From an uncultured Gemmatimonadales bacterium (GTDB lineage Bacteria; Gemmatimonadota; Gemmatimonadetes; Gemmatimonadales; GWC2-71-9), in the NCBI GenBank assembly GCA_963825055.1, contig CAWGSK010000002.1:64001-128000 (forward strand): a stretch of DNA of 64,000 bases. The letters are read 5' to 3'. Within the stretch, counting starts at the first letter, position 1. The number at the start of each line of letters is the position of its first letter. Shown here piece after piece: positions 10,393 to 19,535 of this stretch. The notes beneath the pieces were generated by a model, which saw only the letters and a program-made list of their open reading frames with translations, made no database searches and was not told the DNA's origin. The translations under genes were made by a program, and so were the position numbers.

Positions 10393-11280
10393 ATGCGCGT
10401 TGGCTTTGCCGGACTGGGCGCCATCGGGGCGCCGATGGCGGCGCACCTCGTCACCGGGAACGATCTTGCCGTCTGGAACCGGACGGCCGCGCGCGCCGTG
10501 TCGTTCGTGCGTGAGCACGGCGGGCACGCGGTGGGGACGCCGCGGGACCTGGCCGCGCACGCCGAGGTCCTCATCACCTGTCTGCCCAGTTCCCGGGAAG
10601 TCGAGGCGATCCTGGACGGTGGCGAGGGCATCCTGGACGGCATCCGTCCGGGGTCGCTCGTGCTCGACTGCACCTCGGGCGATCCCGGCGCGTCCCGGCG
10701 CATTGCCGCCCGGCTGGCGGAGCGCCAGGTGGCCTTTGCGGATGCGCCGGTCAGCGGTGGGACCGATGGCGCGGCGGCGGCCGCCCTCACGGTCATGGTG
10801 GGGGGAGATACGGAGACGTTCGAGCGCGCGCTGCCTGTCCTGAAGGCATTTGGCAGGCGGATTGAACACATGGGCCCGGTCGGGGCGGGGCACGCCATGA
10901 AGGCGGTGAACAATGCGCTGCTCGCCGTGAACATCCTGGCCGTCGGCGAGGGACTCGTGACGCTGGTGAAGGCCGGCGTGCCGGCCCCGAAGGCGCTGGA
11001 GGTGCTCAACGCGTCGAGCGGCCGGTCGTTCGTCAGCGAAAAGCTGGTGCCGGAGCGCGTGCTGCCGCGCACCTGGCCGGTCACCTTCCGGCTTGCCCTT
11101 CTGGACAAGGACGTGCGGATCGCCACCAGAGTCGCCGAGGAGGGACAGGTGCAGACCCCGATGGTAAATCTGGCCAGTGAGCTGCTGGCCGCCGCGCGCG
11201 CCCAGCTTGGCGAGGAGGCGGACTACCTCGAGGCGATCAAGCTGGTCGAGGCTCAGGCGGGAGCCGAGATTCGTTCATGA
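10393..11280 (+). CDS. NAD(P)-dependent oxidoreductase, 3-hydroxyisobutyrate dehydrogenase family
   Basis: GFAGLGAIG, DAPVSGG, KAVNN. Confidence 0.92.
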   Translation: MRVGFAGLGAIGAPMAAHLVTGNDLAVWNRTAARAVSFVREHGGHAVGTPRDLAAHAEVLITCLPSSREVEAILDGGEGILDGIRPGSLVLDCTSGDPGASRRIAARLAERQVAFADAPVSGGTDGAAAAALTVMVGGDTETFERALPVLKAFGRRIEHMGPVGAGHAMKAVNNALLAVNILAVGEGLVTLVKAGVPAPKALEVLNASSGRSFVSEKLVPERVLPRTWPVTFRLALLDKDVRIATRVAEEGQVQTPMVNLASELLAAARAQLGEEADYLEAIKLVEAQAGAEIRS

Positions 11281-11789
11281 CTGGTATCCCTGAGATCCGG
11301 TTCGCCCGCCCGGACGATTCGGGGGTCCTGCTCGACCTGATTGACGCGCTGGCGGATTACGAAAAGCTGGAGCGTCCCGACCAGGCGGCCCGCGAGCGGC
11401 TGACCCGCGACATCTTCGGCCCCCATCCCCGCATCGAGGTTCTTCTGGCCGTCGACGGCACCCGGGCGGTCGGATATGCACTTTTCCTCGAGACCTACAG
11501 TTCCTTCCTGGCCCGCCCCACGCTCTACCTCGAAGACATTTTCGTCCATCCCGACGCGCGTGGCAGGCGCATTGGCCTCGCCCTGATGCAGCGGCTGGCG
11601 GCACTTGCCCGGGAGCGCGACTGTGGTCGCATGGAATGGGTGGTCCTCAAGTGGAATACGCCGGCCATCGACTTCTATGACCGGCTCGGTGCAGTGCCCA
11701 TGAAGGAATGGGAGACGTTCAGGCTCGACCGGGATGACCTGGACCGGGTGGGCAGCGAGGCGGGGAACCCCCGGCCGCAGGTCACCTGA
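11277..11789 (+). CDS. GNAT N-acetyltransferase (SSAT-like)
   Basis: YLEDIFV..RGRRIG, WVVLKWN.PAIDFY..LG; ATGA overlap with the upstream gene. Confidence 0.9.
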   Translation: MTGIPEIRFARPDDSGVLLDLIDALADYEKLERPDQAARERLTRDIFGPHPRIEVLLAVDGTRAVGYALFLETYSSFLARPTLYLEDIFVHPDARGRRIGLALMQRLAALARERDCGRMEWVVLKWNTPAIDFYDRLGAVPMKEWETFRLDRDDLDRVGSEAGNPRPQVT

Positions 11790-12252
11790 TCCGGAACTGC
11801 TTCATGTCAACGCTCCGCCCCTCCGCCAGGATTTCCACGGCATAGTCCCCTGACGGCCACGGCATCGCCTTCACGAGGTGGAATTCGGTGTTGGCGTCCG
11901 CCTTCGGCTCGATCGACCGGGCACTCTCGGTCACAACCTGTCCATCCTCGTATCGCCATACGGCTTTCAGGTCGAGATGTCCTGCCCCCCGGCTCCGGAC
12001 CACGGCGTAGACCGTGTCGTGCACCCCGAAGCTGTCCGCCGGCTCCGCGATGAGGCCCTCCCGGTCCAGCGTTCGTCCGATGGACACCTGGACAACCTCC
12101 GGGGCCGTCCGCGCCGCGGCCGTGTCGGTGGCTTCGGTCAGGGCGGCCGTGGTGTCGGCGGCCGTTTCCGCCCTGTCATTGTCGCCACAGGCCACCGCCA
12201 GGGCGGTGGTGGCCAGCAGGGAGACGCACAATCGGGATCTGAGCTTGCTCAT
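11782..12252 (-). CDS. Hypothetical lipoprotein with beta-sandwich-like domain
   Basis: GAGGAGG RBS, lipobox LAVAC, WPSGDYAVEI-type C-terminus. Confidence 0.75.
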   Translation of the reverse strand: MSKLRSRLCVSLLATTALAVACGDNDRAETAADTTAALTEATDTAAARTAPEVVQVSIGRTLDREGLIAEPADSFGVHDTVYAVVRSRGAGHLDLKAVWRYEDGQVVTESARSIEPKADANTEFHLVKAMPWPSGDYAVEILAEGRSVDMKQFRIR

Positions 12253-12463
12253 TGGCCCCTCCTCGACCGGGTGCAAGTGCACCGGCGCGCTCCCGCTGCA
12301 GTCTGTAACGGGCCGGAGTGGAGCGTGCCGTGGACAGGAGTACAATACGGCCCGGGCGCCGGATGGTCCGTGACCGGTGCCACGCGATCATGTAAGGTGA
12401 AATGGGACGGTGACTTGCAGAAAGGCACTCAGACTTTCGGTGCGCCCGCCGATACCAGAGGAC

Positions 12464-12925
12464 ATGAGCGACTGGGCATCTACCGAGCGGCTTCGCGCCG
12501 AGATCATCCTGGCCGAGGGGCTCGTCATTCATGGCGACCTTCACCTTCAGGCGAGGGTCGCGCATCATGACGGCCCCGAGAGCCTGCTGGAAATGTTGAA
12601 TCGGGACGAGGAGTTCGTGCCGGTGAGCCTGGAAGGGGGCGGCATCACCTTCGTGTCCAAGGACCAGGTGGCAGTGGTCGCCTGTCGGAGCACTCCCGGC
12701 GCGGCCGATCCGGAGCGCGCGGGTGCTGCCCGCCACATCGGACTCGAGGTGATGATGACCGGTGGGGATGAGTACCGGGGTTGGGCGGCGGCTGAGCTTC
12801 CGCCGATCCGGAACCGGGCCCTGGATTACCTGAATGGCATTGGCCGCTTCTTCAGCCTCAATTCGGACGGCGTCACGTGGTCCATCCATCGACGCCACGT
12901 CCGCGTCATTCGCCCCAACGACTGA
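12464..12925 (+). CDS. Hypothetical protein with internal duplication (DUF6812-like)
   Basis: GAGG RBS; two similar halves (G.LH..ESLLEMLN..EFVPV..FVSK.QV / G..RALDYLN..RFFSL..IHR.HV). Confidence 0.65.
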   Translation: MSDWASTERLRAEIILAEGLVIHGDLHLQARVAHHDGPESLLEMLNRDEEFVPVSLEGGGITFVSKDQVAVVACRSTPGAADPERAGAARHIGLEVMMTGGDEYRGWAAAELPPIRNRALDYLNGIGRFFSLNSDGVTWSIHRRHVRVIRPND

Positions 12926-12947
12926 TCCTTTCACATCCACGGACCCC

Positions 12948-14375
12948 ATGGCCCGACTCGACAAGCTGATCCAGGTTCTCCACGACCAGCGCGGTGACGC
13001 GCTGCGCTTTGCGCCGGGCTCCGTCGCTGTGCTGTGTGGCGGTGCCGGCGAAATGCGGCCCGTTACCCGGGACGCCCTGAGTGCAGAGCAGATCATGGCG
13101 CTCATGCAGGAGATCGCGCCGTCCGGGGCCCCCGAGGGGTCGTCCTTCACGTACGGGGCGCCCGCCGGGTCCGTGAATGTCCACCTGGAGTCCGCGCCGG
13201 GCGGCACAGTCGCGGTCCTGCGACCGGCCGTTGCGGGATTGCCGGCTCGAGTCGAGGTCACTCCTGCTGCGGTGGTCCAGGACACCAGTGCGATGGAGGC
13301 GCTTCTCCGCCTCATGGTCGAGCGCGATGCCTCAGACCTGCACCTTCGCGCTGACGAACCGCCGATTCTCCGTGTGGCCGGCCGGCTGGAGCGGGCCGGG
13401 GATGAGCCGGTGCCGGGCGATGCCCTGCGTGGATTGCTCTATTCAATCATGGCGCCGAAGGACCGGGATGCCTTTGACTCCGTCGGGGATGCCGACTGGG
13501 CATGGGAGATCGCCGGGCTGGCGCGCTTCCGCTGTAACGCGGGGCTGGACCGCCGGGGCCCGATGGCCGTGGTCCGCGTCATCCCGACGCGAATCCTGAC
13601 GGCGGGGGAGCTGGGGTTGAGTGCCGAGGTGCAGCGACTCTGCGGTCTCAGCAAGGGCCTGGTGCTGGTCACCGGGCCTACCGGCTCAGGGAAGTCCACC
13701 ACCCTGGCCGGGATGATCGATCTCGTAAACCGGACGCGGCAGGATCACATCCTCACCATCGAGGACCCGATCGAGTTCGTGCACCAGAGCCAATCATGCC
13801 TCGTCACCCAGCGGCAGGTCGGGAGCCATACGAAGACCTTCAAGGCCGCCCTCCGGGCCGCCCTTCGGGAGGACCCGGACGTGGTGCTGGTGGGCGAGAT
13901 GCGCGACCTGGAGACGGTCAGCACCGCGATTGAAACTGCCGAGACCGGGCATCTCGTTTTCGGCACGCTGCATACCACCACGGCGGCTTCCACGGTCGAC
14001 CGCATCATCGACCAGTTCCCGGCCGACCAGCAGTCGCAGATCCGCGTGATGCTCGCCGAGTCACTGCGCGGAGTCGTCTCGCAGGTGCTCTGCCGGAAGG
14101 TGGGTGGCGGTCGGGTGGCGGCGCGTGAGGTGCTCATCACCATTCCCGCCATCAGCAACCTCATCCGCGAGGGGAAGACATTCCAGATCCCCTCGATCAT
14201 GCAGACCAACCGGAAGGTCGGCATGGTCACCCTCAACGACGCGCTCCTCCAACTGGTGCACGAGGGTCAGGTGGAACCCGAGGAGGCATTCCTCAAGTCG
14301 GTCGAACGCTCGGGGATGCTCTCCGCGCTCAAGGCCCGCGGGCACGACGTTCGGTTCGCGGAGGCGGCGGCCTGA
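12948..14375 (+). CDS. pilT: Type IV pilus retraction ATPase with extra N-terminal domain
   Basis: ASDLHL, GPTGSGKST, TIEDPIE, LREDPDVVLVGEMRD, GTLHT, AISNLIRE. Confidence 0.92.
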   Translation: MARLDKLIQVLHDQRGDALRFAPGSVAVLCGGAGEMRPVTRDALSAEQIMALMQEIAPSGAPEGSSFTYGAPAGSVNVHLESAPGGTVAVLRPAVAGLPARVEVTPAAVVQDTSAMEALLRLMVERDASDLHLRADEPPILRVAGRLERAGDEPVPGDALRGLLYSIMAPKDRDAFDSVGDADWAWEIAGLARFRCNAGLDRRGPMAVVRVIPTRILTAGELGLSAEVQRLCGLSKGLVLVTGPTGSGKSTTLAGMIDLVNRTRQDHILTIEDPIEFVHQSQSCLVTQRQVGSHTKTFKAALRAALREDPDVVLVGEMRDLETVSTAIETAETGHLVFGTLHTTTAASTVDRIIDQFPADQQSQIRVMLAESLRGVVSQVLCRKVGGGRVAAREVLITIPAISNLIREGKTFQIPSIMQTNRKVGMVTLNDALLQLVHEGQVEPEEAFLKSVERSGMLSALKARGHDVRFAEAAA

Positions 14376-14398
14376 GCCTGTCGCGGGGCGATTACCTT

Positions 14399-15196
14399 AT
14401 GCCCATGCCGGATGCACCGATCCTCGTCCTCGTCAATCCGCAAGACATCGTCAACATTGCGAGCGCAGTGCGTATCGCGAAGAATTTTGGCATTCCCGAC
14501 ATCCGCCTTGTCCAGCCCGCGGCGTTCGACCCGTGGCGGATCGAGGGGATCGCGCACAACACCGCCGACCTGGTCGACCAGATCCGGATCTGCGACACGC
14601 TGGAAGAGGCGGTGGCGGACTGCGTGCACACATTCGCACTGACCGCGCGTGCCCGGACGGCAAAACGCACCGTGCTCTCCCCGCGCGAGGCCGCGGACGG
14701 CCTGGTCGAGCGGCTCGCCGACGGCCTGGTGGCTATCGTGGCCGGCCGGGAGGACAGCGGCCTGACGAACGCCGAGCTGGACCGGTGCAGCGCGCTCGTC
14801 CGGATCCCCACTTCGCCCGACTATCCCTCGCTCAACCTGGCGCAGGCTGTTGCGGTGATGGGCTACGAGTCGTGGGTGGCGCGCGGCTCGGGCGTTCCCA
14901 GAGCCCGGACCGGCGCCCGGCGCACGGCGCCGCCGGCGGAATCCGGCCAGCTCGAGTGGCTCTTCCGGGACTGGGAGCGCGCGCTGGTGACGATCGACTT
15001 CTTCAAGACCCGCCAGCCGGACCTGGTCCTCCGCTCGTTCCGGGAAATCGTGTTCCGGGCCGGGCTGGATGCCCGGGAGGCGTCGCTGATCAGGGCGATG
15101 GGCATCGAGGTGTTCCGGTTCTATGAGCGCCAGGCCGCGGCATCCGGCGCGGAGCCCTCCGTCGGGCCGGGCGGCGAGGCCGGGCCGCTGGCGTAA
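14399..15196 (+). CDS. trmJ: SPOUT RNA methyltransferase, TrmJ/LasT family
   Basis: LVNPQ..NI, GREDSGLTNAEL, SLNLAQAVAVMGYE. Confidence 0.85.
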   Translation: MPMPDAPILVLVNPQDIVNIASAVRIAKNFGIPDIRLVQPAAFDPWRIEGIAHNTADLVDQIRICDTLEEAVADCVHTFALTARARTAKRTVLSPREAADGLVERLADGLVAIVAGREDSGLTNAELDRCSALVRIPTSPDYPSLNLAQAVAVMGYESWVARGSGVPRARTGARRTAPPAESGQLEWLFRDWERALVTIDFFKTRQPDLVLRSFREIVFRAGLDAREASLIRAMGIEVFRFYERQAAASGAEPSVGPGGEAGPLA

Positions 15197-15254
15197 CGGC
15201 TGGAGCCGCATTAGCTTCCCGCCGCTTCAGCCGACCATCAGAACGAGGCCGCAC

Positions 15255-15746
15255 GTGGGTCGATCCTCAGCATTCTGGCGGGGCAATCTCTACCCGGATC
15301 CGGAGCGGCGTCCCCGCCCCGATGCTCCCGCGCACGATCTTCCGCCGCTCGCCGCCGCCCTCTTTGCCGAGGTGCGCGCGGGACTCGTCACCGTTCCCGA
15401 CCTGCGCGAGCGTGTGCGGCACCTCGGGACGAACTGGCAGTGGGCATGGGAGTACCGGGCCGGCGCGCGTCCGCTCTGCTGGCTGCACGTGATGGAGACC
15501 GGCCTGAGCGGTACGTTCACCGTGCCGCAGAACGAGGCCGCCGACCTCGAGGCGACCATTGCACAGGGACCGGACCTCGCGCGGGCAGTACGAACGGGGC
15601 AACAGACGGGCCCGGTGCGGTGGTGCTGGATGGAGCTGGATACGCGGATGAAGGGTGAGCAGTTGCTGGCCTTTGTCCGCGCGCGCGCCGGCATTGTCGC
15701 GCGCGCCGGGCGGGTGTCGGTCGTGTTCCGGCATCGCGCGGGATGA
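15255..15746 (+). CDS. Hypothetical protein (DUF3788-like)
   Basis: GAGG RBS then GTG; WQWAWEYR..RPLCWL and G.VRW segments resemble DUF3788. Confidence 0.55.
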   Translation: MGRSSAFWRGNLYPDPERRPRPDAPAHDLPPLAAALFAEVRAGLVTVPDLRERVRHLGTNWQWAWEYRAGARPLCWLHVMETGLSGTFTVPQNEAADLEATIAQGPDLARAVRTGQQTGPVRWCWMELDTRMKGEQLLAFVRARAGIVARAGRVSVVFRHRAG

Positions 15747-15773
15747 GGATTGGCCGCGTCATCCCTTGCGTTC

Positions 15774-15791
15774 TCGTGAATCATTTCACTA
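15774..15791. promoter_or_regulatory. Rex-type operator TCGTGAA-TCAT-TTCACTA upstream of the ACIII operon
   Basis: Two mismatches to the Rex consensus TTGTGAA-N4-TTCACAA. Confidence 0.65.
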
Positions 15792-15863
15792 ACTTCGCGC
15801 GCCCGTGAGGGCGGGCGGGTCGCGTTTTGCGATGAATCCTTTCCTTAGCTCGGGTGGTTGGAG

Positions 15864-16463
15864 ATGATGCGCAAGGTGCTGATCGTGGGCGGGTTCGTGG
15901 CGGCGGCCGCGGCCGGGGCGTGGTACCTGTCCCCGGGTCCCACGGGAACCGCGGTCGCGTCCGCCCAGGCCCCGGCGCCGGCGGTGGCGGGCCCCGCGAT
16001 GCAGATCTCCGACACTTCGAGCCTGAAGGGTCCGCGCCAGCCGATCTTCTTCCGTCACGACATTCACGCCGGCCAGTTCAAGCTGCAGTGCCAGTACTGC
16101 CACTACTCGGTAGCCGTGTCGTCAGAGCCCGGTATCCCGAGCCTCGAGACCTGCATGGGCTGCCACCTGGTCATCGGCGGGGCCGACACCGCCTCCAAGG
16201 CGGAGATCGCGAAGCTGCGCAAGGCGTGGGCGGACAGGCAGCCGGTCGAATGGGTTCGCATTCACGCCCTCGCCCGCCACGTCCATTTCCCCCATTCGGT
16301 GCATATCAAGGGGATGGGACCCACCGCCTGCATGACCTGCCATGGCGACGTTGCCCGGATGCCGCAGGTGTTCAAGGTGAATCCCGTGACACAGATGGGC
16401 TTCTGCATCAGCTGTCACATCGAACGGGACGTGAACCGCGACTGTACGGCGTGCCACTACTGA
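15864..16463 (+). CDS. actA: ACIII pentaheme cytochrome c subunit
   Basis: N-terminal TM anchor; CQYCH, CMGCH, CMTCH, CISCH, CTACH; first gene of the act operon. Confidence 0.9.
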   Translation: MMRKVLIVGGFVAAAAAGAWYLSPGPTGTAVASAQAPAPAVAGPAMQISDTSSLKGPRQPIFFRHDIHAGQFKLQCQYCHYSVAVSSEPGIPSLETCMGCHLVIGGADTASKAEIAKLRKAWADRQPVEWVRIHALARHVHFPHSVHIKGMGPTACMTCHGDVARMPQVFKVNPVTQMGFCISCHIERDVNRDCTACHY

Positions 16464-16529
16464 TGCCGTTGCCACCGCGCCGCTCCGCGACCCCGATGAC
16501 CCGACGTGCCCTCCCCATGAGGAGCAGGA

Positions 16530-19500
16530 ATGCCTGACGAAGTGCCCGACACGATTGACCGCCGGAGGTTCCTCACCGTTCTCGGCGTGACCGGGGCGGG
16601 AGCCGCGGCCCTCTCGGGCTGCTCCACGGACCGGATCGAGAAGCTGGTGCCCTACCTCGTGCAGTCCGAGGACCAGGTGCCCGGCATCGCGACCTATTAC
16701 GCCAGCACATGCACCGAGTGCGCGGCCGCCTGCGGCCTGCACGTGAAGACGCGCGAGGGTCGCGCGATCAAGCTCGACGGTAATCCGGAACACCCCGTGA
16801 ACCGGGGTCGCCTCTGCAGCCTGGGCCAGAGCTCGCTGCAGGCCCTGTACAACCCGGGACGGCTGCGGAACCCGATGCTGCGCGATGGGAACGGCTTCAA
16901 GGCGATCACCTGGGACGAGGCGATTGCCAAGCTGGCGGAGGCGGTGGGCGGCTCGTCCGGGCGGATCGCGGCGATCTCCGGTGCGCCGCGCGGGACCTTC
17001 TCGGACCTGCTTGCCGACTGGACCGGCGCCCTCGGCGGCCGGGTGGTGCGGTACAACCCGCTGGACCACGAGGCCCTCCGCGCCGCGAACAAGTCCGTGT
17101 TCGGCCGGGACGAGGTTCCGGCGTACGACTTCGCCGCCGCGAAATACATCCTGTCCTTCGGGGCGGACTTCCTGGAGACCTGGGTCTCACCGGTCGAGAG
17201 CCAGCTCGGGTATGCGGCATCCCACGGGAGCGGCGAGGGGACGATGGCCCGCCACGTGGCGTTCACGCCGCGCATGGGCCTCACCGGCATGAACGCCGAC
17301 CACTGGTACCCGGTGAAGCCGGGCACCGAGACGGCCGTCGTCCTCGCGATGTGCAACGTGATCCTCGGCGAACGCAGCGGCGCGCCCTCCGATGCCTACG
17401 GGCTGCGCGGTGCCCTGGGCGAATGGACCCCGGAGCAGGCGTCCGCGGAGAGCGGGGTAGGGGCCGAGGTGATCCGCCGGGTGGCCCGCGAGTTCGCGGC
17501 GGAGGGGCCGGGTCTCGCGGTCGCGGGTGGTGCCGGGGCCCAGAGCCCGGGTGCGGTGCAGCTCTGCGCAGCGGTCAACCTGCTCAATTACATCGCGGGC
17601 AACGTCGGGAAGACGGTGAAGTTCGGCGCGGACCTGGACACGGGCGACGGGTACGGCGCCCTGCGCGACCTGATGGCCGGCATGGACGCCGGCCAGGTGG
17701 ACGTGCTGATCGTGCACGAGAGCAACCCGGTGTACACCGTCCCGAAATCGGCCGGCTTCGCCGGCAAGCTGGCGAAGGTGCGCTTCAAGGTCAGCACCTC
17801 GCTCTTCATGGACGAGACTGCCGCGGGCTGCGACCTCCTGCTGCCCGGCCGGCACGCGCTGGAGCGGTGGGACGACGTCCGTCCCCGGGCAGGAATCCAT
17901 GCCCTCATCCAGCCCGCGATGGAGCCGGTGTTCGGTCACGTTCCCGGCGAAGCGGGCACGGTCGCCACGGGCGACGTGCTGCTCCGCACCGCGAAGGCGG
18001 TCGGGGGCCCCCTGGCACGGTTCGATGCTCCCGACTACGAGACTCACCTTCGGCAGGCCTGGACGGCAGCGGGGCGGGGAAGCCAGGACGCCTGGCGCGC
18101 CGCGCTCGCGCGGGGCGGTGTCTATGAGCCGGCCCCGGCCGTGCCGGTGAGCCTCGCCTCGACTGCGGTGAGCTACACGCCGCCGGCCTTCGACGGGGAC
18201 GGGGAGTTCGTCTTCTCGGCGTTCCCCACCTCCACGCTGGGCGACGGCCGGGCCGCCAACCGGCCCGTGCAGCGGGAAGTGCCGGACCCGGTCACCAAGA
18301 TCACCTGGCATTCCTGGGTGGAGGTGCACCCGGAGACGGCGCGCGAGCTGAATGTCCGGGAGGGAGAAATCCTGCGGCTCACCTCGCCGCACGGCGTCAT
18401 CGAGGCCCCGGCATACCTCTATCCCGGCATCCATCCGCAGATGCTCGCGGTCCCGATGGGCCTGGGGCACACCGAGTACGGCCAGTTCGCCACGGGTGCG
18501 GGGGTCAACCCGCTCGACCTGCTGGGGCCCGACGCCGTGGACGGCTTCCTGCCGTACCTCGGAACCCGGGTCAAGGCGGTCCAGACCGGGGGCTACCACA
18601 GGGTGGCCAAGACTGAGGGCAACGTCCGCCAGCTCGGGCGCGGCATCGCGAGCGCGATGACCGCCGGGCAGGTGGCGAAGGGGCTGAACCTGCGTGAGGC
18701 CGAACGGCAGGAGGGCCACGCCGAGCACGAGATCAACCCGCCGCTGGAAGTGGCGGCCATCGAAGGGTTCCGGCAGGGGCAGCAGGAGAAAATCAAGCTG
18801 GGGGCCTACGCCCAGGAACACCCGCTCTGGGGCATGACGATCGACCTCGCGAAGTGCACCGGCTGCTCGGCCTGTGTGACGGCCTGCTACATGGAGAACA
18901 ACATCCCGACCGTGGGCGAGCGGGAGGTGCTCAAGGGTCGCGAGATGTCCTGGATGCGGATCGAGCGCTATTACGAAGGCGGGGAGGATGGCGAGCCGCT
19001 GGAGACCCGTTTCGTCCCGATGCTCTGTCAGCACTGCGACAACGCGCCATGCGAGCCGGTCTGCCCGGTCTTCGCGGCATACCACACCCCGGACGGCCTC
19101 AACGGCCAGGTTTACAACCGCTGCGTGGGCACGCGGTACTGCGCGAACAACTGCCCCTACAAGGTCCGCTACTTCAACTGGTTCGCCTATGGTAAACAGG
19201 CTTTCCCCGAGCCGCTTCACCTGCAGCTCAACCCGGATGTGGTGGTCCGCGCCCGCGGCGTGATGGAGAAATGCACGATGTGTGTGCAGCGGATCCGTGG
19301 GGCCCAGCATCAGGCGCGGCTGGAAAACCGGACGGTCGCTGACGGGGAGTTCACCACGGCCTGCGCCCAGACCTGTCCCTCAGGGGCCATCCTGTTCGGC
19401 AACCGGGCCGACCCGGCCACCGCGGTGGCGCAGTCGGCGACGAGCCGGCGCGGGTACCACGTGCTCGAGGAGATCAATGTGCGGCCGGCGATCACGTATC

Positions 19501-19532
19501 TGGCGAAGGTCACCAACCGGGCGGAGGCGTAA
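16530..19532 (+). CDS. actB: ACIII subunit B (molybdopterin-oxidoreductase-like domain fused to Fe-S domain)
   Basis: TAT signal DRRRFL; C-terminal CTGCSAC, CQHCDNAPC, CVGTRYC, KCTMC..ACAQTCP. Confidence 0.92.
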   Translation: MPDEVPDTIDRRRFLTVLGVTGAGAAALSGCSTDRIEKLVPYLVQSEDQVPGIATYYASTCTECAAACGLHVKTREGRAIKLDGNPEHPVNRGRLCSLGQSSLQALYNPGRLRNPMLRDGNGFKAITWDEAIAKLAEAVGGSSGRIAAISGAPRGTFSDLLADWTGALGGRVVRYNPLDHEALRAANKSVFGRDEVPAYDFAAAKYILSFGADFLETWVSPVESQLGYAASHGSGEGTMARHVAFTPRMGLTGMNADHWYPVKPGTETAVVLAMCNVILGERSGAPSDAYGLRGALGEWTPEQASAESGVGAEVIRRVAREFAAEGPGLAVAGGAGAQSPGAVQLCAAVNLLNYIAGNVGKTVKFGADLDTGDGYGALRDLMAGMDAGQVDVLIVHESNPVYTVPKSAGFAGKLAKVRFKVSTSLFMDETAAGCDLLLPGRHALERWDDVRPRAGIHALIQPAMEPVFGHVPGEAGTVATGDVLLRTAKAVGGPLARFDAPDYETHLRQAWTAAGRGSQDAWRAALARGGVYEPAPAVPVSLASTAVSYTPPAFDGDGEFVFSAFPTSTLGDGRAANRPVQREVPDPVTKITWHSWVEVHPETARELNVREGEILRLTSPHGVIEAPAYLYPGIHPQMLAVPMGLGHTEYGQFATGAGVNPLDLLGPDAVDGFLPYLGTRVKAVQTGGYHRVAKTEGNVRQLGRGIASAMTAGQVAKGLNLREAERQEGHAEHEINPPLEVAAIEGFRQGQQEKIKLGAYAQEHPLWGMTIDLAKCTGCSACVTACYMENNIPTVGEREVLKGREMSWMRIERYYEGGEDGEPLETRFVPMLCQHCDNAPCEPVCPVFAAYHTPDGLNGQVYNRCVGTRYCANNCPYKVRYFNWFAYGKQAFPEPLHLQLNPDVVVRARGVMEKCTMCVQRIRGAQHQARLENRTVADGEFTTACAQTCPSGAILFGNRADPATAVAQSATSRRGYHVLEEINVRPAITYLAKVTNRAEA

Positions 19533-19535
19533 GCG

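Noticed and set aside
17187..19310. 707-aa minus-strand ORF
   Set aside because: Antisense shadow of actB
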